From the NCBI GenBank assembly GCA_023247255.1, contig JAHFGV010000001.1, positions 22,464-86,463 on the forward strand: a stretch of DNA of 64,000 bases, given 5' to 3'. The notes beneath the pieces are model-generated. The model was not told the origin of the DNA. It was given only the letters and a program-made list of their open reading frames with translations, and searched no databases. Each line of letters begins with the position of its first letter. The first letter of the stretch is position 1. The DNA comes from Candidatus Omnitrophota bacterium (GTDB lineage Bacteria > Omnitrophota > Gorgyraeia > Aquiviventales > Aquiviventaceae). Of this stretch, positions 57,421-64,000 are shown piece by piece. The position numbers were made by a program, and so were the translations under genes.

Positions 57421-58641
57421 TTACGTTAGCCTGACCTTCACCGCATCGAAATGGCGCGGAAGGCCTTCGATGGTGGTTAACTGCTCCAGAGGCTCCCGGA
57501 ACCGCTCCAAGGCCTTTTTCGTATAGCTGATCACATGGGTACGTCGGATAAAGTCATCGAGACCCAATCCTGAGAATGCCCGGGCAGATCCTCCGGTCGG
57601 CAACACATGGCTGGGGCCAGCGATGTAGTCTCCCACAGTCACGGGTGAATAAGATCCCAGGAATATGGCGCCTGCGTGCGTGATCCGTTTGGCCAGCTTC
57701 TGCGGCGAACGCACCATGATTTCAAGATGCTCAGGAGCTAGGCTATTGGCGACGGCAATCGCTTCCTGTTGATTCTTGACGACGACGCAATAACCGCCGG
57801 GTATTTGTTTTCTCGCCATTTTGGCGAGTGCTTTGGAGGTTGTGATCAGAAATCCGAGTCCGCCGGCATGTTCTGTTTCTCCCAGAAGATCGGCCAACAC
57901 ATATTCCGGATTCGCGTGGCGGTCGGCAATGACTCCGATCTCAGAAGGACCGGCAATGGTATCGACGTCTACAAACCCAAAGACCTGGCGTTTGGCTTCC
58001 GCCACAAAAGCATTGCCGGGTCCGACGATCTTGTCCACCTTGGGGACGGTCTTCGTTCCAAAAGCAAAGGCTGCGATCGCTTGAGCGCCTCCCATTTTAT
58101 AGATTTCATCCACGCCCAGAAGACTCGCTACTGCCAAGATGTGCGGGTCGACGCTTCCATCCTTACGCGGAGGGGTCGCCAAGATGATCCGCTTGACGCC
58201 TGCTCTCTGGGCAGGAATCACCGTCATGTAAACGGTGGAAACCAGACTGGCGGTGCCACCCGGGATGTAAATGCCCACGCGCTCAATGGGATCGAATTTC
58301 TCACCCAGAAGCACCCCGTCTCCATCAACCAGCCGCACCGGCTTTAAGCGTGAACGTCCGTAAAAAACCTGAACGTTTTGTATCGCGCTCTTCAGACGCA
58401 GGGCAAATTTAGGATCCAAATGTTGAAAAGCTCCGGAAATCTCCGCCTCAGTGACTCGAAGTTGCTTAGAACTGAGCTTGACTTTGTCGAAGCGTCGGGT
58501 GTAGCGCAAGAGTGCTTCATCGCCATGTTTGTAGATAGAGTCAACGATGTCCCGGACCCGCTGTTCAATCCGTTGCTTGCGCACAAGCTGGCGCGTACAG
58601 AGTCGTTGCCATTCCTTGCTTGTCGTTGAGATGATCTTCAT
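57421..58641 (-). CDS. hisD: Histidinol dehydrogenase
   Basis: GGAQAIAA, GPGNAFV, AGPSE, APEHL, GPSHVLPT. Confidence 0.96.
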   Translation of the reverse strand: MKIISTTSKEWQRLCTRQLVRKQRIEQRVRDIVDSIYKHGDEALLRYTRRFDKVKLSSKQLRVTEAEISGAFQHLDPKFALRLKSAIQNVQVFYGRSRLKPVRLVDGDGVLLGEKFDPIERVGIYIPGGTASLVSTVYMTVIPAQRAGVKRIILATPPRKDGSVDPHILAVASLLGVDEIYKMGGAQAIAAFAFGTKTVPKVDKIVGPGNAFVAEAKRQVFGFVDVDTIAGPSEIGVIADRHANPEYVLADLLGETEHAGGLGFLITTSKALAKMARKQIPGGYCVVVKNQQEAIAVANSLAPEHLEIMVRSPQKLAKRITHAGAIFLGSYSPVTVGDYIAGPSHVLPTGGSARAFSGLGLDDFIRRTHVISYTKKALERFREPLEQLTTIEGLPRHFDAVKVRLT

Positions 58642-61361
58642 GTTGATTCCAACGCTTGTCGGATGAGTTCTTCGGCCCGTTTGAGGGCATCAGGGACCTT
58701 CGACACCTCGGTTCCTCCACCCTGTGCGAAGTCGGGACGTCCGCCTCCTTTTCCTTGTGTCAGGGCGGCTACTTGCTTCAAAAGCTCACCGGCATGCACG
58801 CGCCCAGCTAAACCTTTGGTCGTTGCACTAAGCCAAGATACCTGCTTGGGAGATTCTATTGCCGCCAATACCACGATGCCTTCTGTGTTTAGCGAGCGTT
58901 TGATGGCATCTGCCAAGACGGCCAAGATTTCACGGTCCGCTTGATCGATTTTTGCCGCAATCAGGCAGACGCCGTTAATGGATCTAGCTTCAGCCACGAG
59001 CCTGGGGGCGCGCACCTGAGCGAGCTCTGTCTGAAGGTTCTTGCGCTGTTTCTTGAGGTTTTTGAGCTGCTCCAGAAGCTCTTCAATGCCTTGAACGAGT
59101 TCCTGTGGAGACCTCCCCAATCGCTGCGCGGCTTGCGTCAACAACGACCGGTTTTGATGCTGGCGCTGCGATGCCGCTTCTCCGACTTCGGCTTCCACGC
59201 GCCGGGTTCCGGCGGCGATGGAACTCTCTGAGGTGATAACGAACGAACCGACGTATCCCGTGTGCAATAAATGGGTGCCGCCGCAGAGTTCTTTGGAGTA
59301 ATCGCCGATGGTAACCACGCGCACGTTTGCGCCGTATTTTTCACCGAAGAGCGCTAAGGCCCCGGTTCGCTTGGCTTGTTCCAGACTCATTGGGTTTGCG
59401 CAAACCGCATCGGCGAGCCGAATGCGGCTGTTGATTAGTTCTTCCACCTGGTAGCGCTGTTCTTCATGCAGACCTTTGAGGGATGAGAAGTCAAAGCGCA
59501 CCCGCTCGATCTCGACGTAAGAACCCGCTTGCACCGTCTCAGGGCCTAAAACCTTACGCAGTGCCCAGTGAAGCAAGTGCGCGGCCGTGTGACTCCGTGC
59601 AACCTTCAGACGTCTTTCGGAATCGACGGATGCGCGCGCCGGATTCTGCACGGCAATGCTGCCTGTGCGGATCGTGGCCTGGTGCAGCAACACGTCATCG
59701 ACCCATGTCGTCTTTTGTATTTCAGCCATGCCTCGAGGGGTCTCCAGCACTCCAGAATCTCCGATCTGTCCTCCCGCCTCGCCGTAAAAGGGGGAGTGAT
59801 TCAAGACAATACCCACCTGCTCTCCGGCGTGAGCTTCGTTGATCCACTGGTTTCCATTCCATATCCCACGGATGATAGCCTCGGCCTTGAGGTTTTCATA
59901 GCCGATGAACTGAGCGTCTTTCGAGGGAAGATCGGGAATCATCGAACGCACAGATAGCTCGTCGCTGACGAACACCCCCCCGCTAAACTGACTCGCCGCG
60001 CGTGAACGTTCTTGTTGTACGGCCAAAGCCTTTTCAAACGTCGCTTGATCGACGGTAAGGCCATGCTCATGAGCGATATCGATTGTTATCTCAAGCGGAA
60101 ACCCGTGAGTGTCATAGAGCTTGAATGCCTCTTCCCCTGAGAGGGTTTTCTGTCGTAACCGCTTAAGTTCTTGAATGAGATTTTGCAAACGGTTCTCCCC
60201 ACCTTCCAAGGTTTCCGCGAACTGCTTCTCTTCTTGATACCAGGCTTGATAGATGGACTCGTCATTTTTTAATAAATCCTCATGCGGTGAGCCTTTCATA
60301 GTATCAATAACTGCTTGAATCAAATCCCATCTGGCAGTCCGCGTCTTGTCCCGTAGTGCTGCAGAACCCTCCGGCAATCCGAGTTTTCGCGCGAAGCGAT
60401 GAGCTCTTCGGATGAGCATTCGAAGAACATAACCACGCTGTCCATTTGATGGTGAGAGTCTTTCGGCCAGCAGAAACACGATGGCACGAAAGTGATCGGC
60501 CAAGGCCCACTCCAGAATCACCTTTTGATCGACATCTGCAGAGGATACAGTTAGTCTGGGTCGAATTTCTCCAATGATAGGTTCAAATAAATCGGTTTCG
60601 TAATCACTGAGGATTCTCCCTTGTGCCAGTCCTTGGACTACAGCGGTCAATCGCTCCAGGCCCATTCCGGTATCGATGTTGGGTTTGGGCAGGGGCTTCA
60701 GGCTGCCGTCCGGCTGGCGATCGTATTGAGTGAAAACGAGGTTCCAGACCTCCACCGATTTCGGACCTTGGACTATGGCCTCAGGATCATAATAAATCTC
60801 CGAGCAAGGCCCGCAAGGGCCGTTGGGTCCTTCTTTGGGGGCGTTGGCCGGCCAGAAATTGTCCGCCTGGCCAAAACGACGGATCCGATTCTCGGGAATC
60901 CCAAGTTTGCGCCAGAGCTTGAAGGCTTCCTCATCCTCTTCGTAGATACTGACCCACAGTTTTTCCGCAGAAAGACTGAGGCATAAATCCCGAACAGGGC
61001 TGGACTGCTTGCCGGCATAGTCGAGAGTGCCGGTCAGAAATTCCCAGGCCCATTGGATGGCCTCTGCTTTGAAATAGTCCCCGAATGAAAAGTTGCCGAG
61101 CATTTCAAAGAACGAATGGTGGCTGGGAGTCTTGCCTACTCTTTCCAGATCCCCGGTCCGAAGGCATTTCTGGCAGGAGACGGCGCGCTTCAAGTCAGTA
61201 CGTTTTCCGAGGAAGTAGTCTTTAAACTGGTTCATCCCTGCGGACGTGAACAAGACGGTGGGATCTCCACTAGGAATGAGGGAATCACTTTCTTTTCGAA
61301 TGTGTCCGTAGGCCTCGAAGAACTTGAGGAAGCGCTCACGCAGATCGTTACTCTTGATCAT
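58638..61361 (-). CDS. alaS: Alanine--tRNA ligase
   Basis: FTSAGMNQFK, FEMLGNFSFGDYFK, DTGMGLER, HTAAHLLH, ELCGGTH, GGGRPDFAQGGG. Confidence 0.98.
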   Translation of the reverse strand: MIKSNDLRERFLKFFEAYGHIRKESDSLIPSGDPTVLFTSAGMNQFKDYFLGKRTDLKRAVSCQKCLRTGDLERVGKTPSHHSFFEMLGNFSFGDYFKAEAIQWAWEFLTGTLDYAGKQSSPVRDLCLSLSAEKLWVSIYEEDEEAFKLWRKLGIPENRIRRFGQADNFWPANAPKEGPNGPCGPCSEIYYDPEAIVQGPKSVEVWNLVFTQYDRQPDGSLKPLPKPNIDTGMGLERLTAVVQGLAQGRILSDYETDLFEPIIGEIRPRLTVSSADVDQKVILEWALADHFRAIVFLLAERLSPSNGQRGYVLRMLIRRAHRFARKLGLPEGSAALRDKTRTARWDLIQAVIDTMKGSPHEDLLKNDESIYQAWYQEEKQFAETLEGGENRLQNLIQELKRLRQKTLSGEEAFKLYDTHGFPLEITIDIAHEHGLTVDQATFEKALAVQQERSRAASQFSGGVFVSDELSVRSMIPDLPSKDAQFIGYENLKAEAIIRGIWNGNQWINEAHAGEQVGIVLNHSPFYGEAGGQIGDSGVLETPRGMAEIQKTTWVDDVLLHQATIRTGSIAVQNPARASVDSERRLKVARSHTAAHLLHWALRKVLGPETVQAGSYVEIERVRFDFSSLKGLHEEQRYQVEELINSRIRLADAVCANPMSLEQAKRTGALALFGEKYGANVRVVTIGDYSKELCGGTHLLHTGYVGSFVITSESSIAAGTRRVEAEVGEAASQRQHQNRSLLTQAAQRLGRSPQELVQGIEELLEQLKNLKKQRKNLQTELAQVRAPRLVAEARSINGVCLIAAKIDQADREILAVLADAIKRSLNTEGIVVLAAIESPKQVSWLSATTKGLAGRVHAGELLKQVAALTQGKGGGRPDFAQGGGTEVSKVPDALKRAEELIRQALEST

Positions 61362-61944
61362 CGAAGGAAGATCGCGTTTGAGTCGTTTCGTTGAGGATGC
61401 GTTCGATCAATTCCGCTTCGAAACCACGCGAAGCGAGGCGTCTGGCTAATTGGGAACGAAGGGTAGCGTCTGCAGCTTTGATACGCGAAGCGGCAATGAG
61501 TTGGCGAGCCCGAGCTTCATCCTGAACCTGCGCTCCCACGGTTTTTGCCACGACCGCGATTGTATCTTCCCCAAGACCTCTGGCCCTGAGTTTTTCCCGG
61601 ATAGCTCTCCATGCGTAGCCTTGACGTGCCCAGTGCTCGGCCCAAAGTTTGGTAGCGGCAGCGTCGTCGAGCCACCCGCCTTGTTGACAGATTCGGATAG
61701 TTTCATCCGTCTCTTGGGGTGAATAGCATCGACTCAGAAGGTGGGTTCTCACTTCTTGGATGGAGCGGACCCGATGACGGATAAAACGAGCGATGGCCGG
61801 CGGAAGTGTGCGGCTCGTGTCTCGACTATATTGAGTTACATGCTGTTTGGATCGCTCGGTACTAGCACTAGAAGGCTGCTGAAAAAGGTGCATCTGCTGC
61901 GTTGCATGCCTTACGGCTTCGTCAGCGTACTTTCCAGTACGCAT
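61348..61944 (-). CDS. recX: Regulatory protein RecX (start uncertain, MITE in 5' end)
   Basis: RSIQEVR, GWLDD, IREKLRARGL, LASRGF; recA...recX-alaS synteny. Confidence 0.8.
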   Translation of the reverse strand: MRTGKYADEAVRHATQQMHLFQQPSSASTERSKQHVTQYSRDTSRTLPPAIARFIRHRVRSIQEVRTHLLSRCYSPQETDETIRICQQGGWLDDAAATKLWAEHWARQGYAWRAIREKLRARGLGEDTIAVVAKTVGAQVQDEARARQLIAASRIKAADATLRSQLARRLASRGFEAELIERILNETTQTRSSFDDQE

Positions 61945-61995
61945 CCTCAGCCGAATCGAGCTGCACCTTGCATCTGCGCCTTTTTCAGCAACCTG
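61872..61995. mobile_element. 124-bp MITE with CTAG target duplication
   Basis: IRs aggctgctgaaaaaggtgcatctg / catctgcgcctttttcagcaacct; central gcgtact-ttcc-agtacgc hairpin; CTAG at 61868 and 61996. Confidence 0.8.
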
Positions 61996-62137
61996 CTAGC
62001 GAAGTTGGGATTGCTATTTTCACTAGTCACTCGTGTTGTATCGAGTTTCATATGTTTGTGCCATGGGAGAACAGCAGACCTTTAATCTTCCCTAACACAT
62101 GATACATCGACCTGACACAGTACTTGCTAAGCACTGG

Positions 62138-63688
62138 TCACTGACCACTAGTCTTGATGACGACATACCCTCGAGTCGTTCTCACCAAGGCATTGTCTTT
62201 CACTGTGGCGATGGCACGCCGGTATTCGCTCACGTTGTTGATGCGGGTACGATTGATTTCGTTGATCAGGTCACCGGGGCGCAGGCCGGCTTCTTCCGCC
62301 GGACTGTTTTGCTCTATTTCAATGACCAAGATGCCTGTGGCATCTGCAGGCAGGTGAAAGCGCTCTGCATATTCGGCGGATAGGTCGCTGACTTTCAGGC
62401 CACGCCAGAATTCTGTAGTGCTCACTCCAGCGGTTTCTGCCAGATCACCGGGGCGCTCGCCGATTTTCACTTTCAAGGAAAGGGAGCGGCCTTCCCGGAG
62501 CACCTCCAGCTCAACCACGGTACCCGCGGGTGTGCGACTGACGCCCTCAATCAGCTGGCGCGAGTGACGGACGGGCTGATGATTAAAACTCTGAATGATG
62601 TCGCCATCCTGAAGACCTGCTTCCTTGGCCGGACTTGCCGGGAGCACCTGATAGATCAATACCCCCTCGCGTCCGGGTAGACCATAGAATTCGGCTACGT
62701 CCTGTCCCAGGTCCTGAATCTGGATGCCTAACCATCCATAGATGATTTCACGGCCCTCGATCAATGCATCAAGAATATCCTTGACCTTGTTGATGGGAAT
62801 CGCAAAGCCGATGCCTTCGTACCCTCGAGAACTGGTGAGGATGGCGACGTTGATTCCAATCACTTGCCCTTTTAGATTAAGCAGCGGCCCGCCGCTGTTT
62901 CCTGGGTTGATTGCCGCATCTGTTTGAATCAGTCCGGAATAGTCACGGTCGTATCGAGAGGCGCTGGGCAACTGACGATTCAAAGCGCTCACGATTCCCA
63001 CCGTCAAAGTGGGCTCAGTTCCAATGGCTTGAATCCCTGGGCCGGAACCCATCAAGCCAAAGGGGTTGCCAAGCGCCACCGCCCACTGACCTGTTTTCAC
63101 AGTGTTGGAATCCCCTAAACTTGCGACTGGCAGCTTCTGGGCGTTGATCTGAATCACCGCCAGATCCGAACGGCTATCCTTACCTTTTACGATTCCAGTC
63201 AATTCACGTCCGTCGGAAAGGGTGACCGTAATCTTATCCGCATCCGCCACCACGTGCTCGTTGGTTAGAATAAAGCCCTTGGGGTCGATGATGACCCCGG
63301 AACCCAATCCAAACCGATGGAATTCCTGCTGGGGGGTATTCCCGTAAAACTGTTGGAAGAATTCTTCAAACGGATCTCCATCCGGTCCGAAGAAAGGATG
63401 GACCCGAAAATATTGCCGGACGCGCTCAATCTGCTCGGTCGAGATACTGACGACCGCAGGACCCACCTGCTGACCGATCCGTATGAATGCTTGTTCCAAC
63501 GTTTCAGCCTCGCTGGGGGCTGCCTGAACAGTGGAGGAGATGCCGCTTCCATAACTTCCTGGGCTAAGGTTTGATGAAGCCTGCCGGGCACTGGGCCACA
63601 ACTGTGCAGGCAGGCTTAGCAGGGCGAAGCCACTTCCAAGTCCCAGGAAACTCAATCCGAATGCAGACCACCAGCGTCGTCGAGTCAT
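62138..63688 (-). CDS. degP: DegP/HtrA periplasmic serine protease with two PDZ domains
   Basis: [32 protein letters not shown]. Confidence 0.95.
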   Translation of the reverse strand: MTRRRWWSAFGLSFLGLGSGFALLSLPAQLWPSARQASSNLSPGSYGSGISSTVQAAPSEAETLEQAFIRIGQQVGPAVVSISTEQIERVRQYFRVHPFFGPDGDPFEEFFQQFYGNTPQQEFHRFGLGSGVIIDPKGFILTNEHVVADADKITVTLSDGRELTGIVKGKDSRSDLAVIQINAQKLPVASLGDSNTVKTGQWAVALGNPFGLMGSGPGIQAIGTEPTLTVGIVSALNRQLPSASRYDRDYSGLIQTDAAINPGNSGGPLLNLKGQVIGINVAILTSSRGYEGIGFAIPINKVKDILDALIEGREIIYGWLGIQIQDLGQDVAEFYGLPGREGVLIYQVLPASPAKEAGLQDGDIIQSFNHQPVRHSRQLIEGVSRTPAGTVVELEVLREGRSLSLKVKIGERPGDLAETAGVSTTEFWRGLKVSDLSAEYAERFHLPADATGILVIEIEQNSPAEEAGLRPGDLINEINRTRINNVSEYRRAIATVKDNALVRTTRGYVVIKTSGQ

Positions 63689-64000
63689 GCTTCAACACTC
63701 TCCATATTCGCCATCTGTTGTGCTGGGTCTTTGGGGGATTCCACGGGATGTCCGCTAGACTGTTTGCGTATGACATCTTCCATCTGGTGCATCAATTTTG
63801 GATTTTCTTTGAGAAACAACCGTGCCCCATCCCGGCCTTGACCTAACTTGATTTCGCCGTAAGAGAGCCAGGTTCCATGGCGTTTGACGATGTTTGAGGT
63901 TTCTGCCACGTCCAAGATGCTACCCGCTTTCGAGATCCCCTCGTCAAAAAAGATGTCAAATTCCGCTTGCCGAAAAGGAGGTGCTACTTTGTTTTTGACG
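63685..64000 (-). CDS. recA: Recombinase RecA, C-terminal part (5' end off window)
   Basis: [16 protein letters not shown]...[16 protein letters not shown]...FLKENP. Confidence 0.95.
   Translation of the reverse strand, partial: VKNKVAPPFRQAEFDIFFDEGISKAGSILDVAETSNIVKRHGTWLSYGEIKLGQGRDGARLFLKENPKLMHQMEDVIRKQSSGHPVESPKDPAQQMANMESVEA

Noticed and set aside
1-64000. tRNA/rRNA genes
   Set aside because: No cloverleaf or rRNA-like stretches noticed in intergenic gaps (checked by eye, not with a covariance model)

Overview
About 64 kb of a bacterial chromosome, almost all transcribed on the minus strand. A PVC-signature small basic protein (19075..19320) and a TIGR04073-like protein suggest a PVC-superphylum organism, plausibly Ca. 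Omnitrophota (inference). In transcription order (right to left) the backbone is: recA (partial), degP, recX, alaS, hisDBHAFI, an ABC ATPase plus Toprim/MAD4-like pair, trpEGD, a ~6.4 kb defence/TA islet, trpC, HDAC, nth, lemA, DUF2207, radC, ychF, ocd, trpBA, manC, ruvX, M16 peptidase, rpe, pgm, lepAB, pgsA, der, plsY, SPOR protein, nnrE and aroB. Next come a plus-strand exeA/exeB-like pair, a dead ISAs1 element with a 10-bp target duplication, and two unannotated paralogous membrane mini-proteins. The window ends in an apparent phospholipid-to-beta-oxidation operon (GDPD, cNMP-MinD-patatin, thiolase, HAD, ECH, D-2-hydroxyacid DH, ACAD, FadD). The most striking unexplained structure is a modular palindromic repeat family with a unit of about 126 bp and at least 8 copies. 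It is intergenic in some places but is also inserted in-frame, in different frames and strands, inside Der, a SPOR protein, an HhH-GPD glycosylase and GDPD. Unrelated mini-elements also sit in the coding sequences of ocd, lepB, hisF, hisH and recX. No rRNA, tRNA or CRISPR array was seen. All calls come from reading motifs by eye; no database searches were run.
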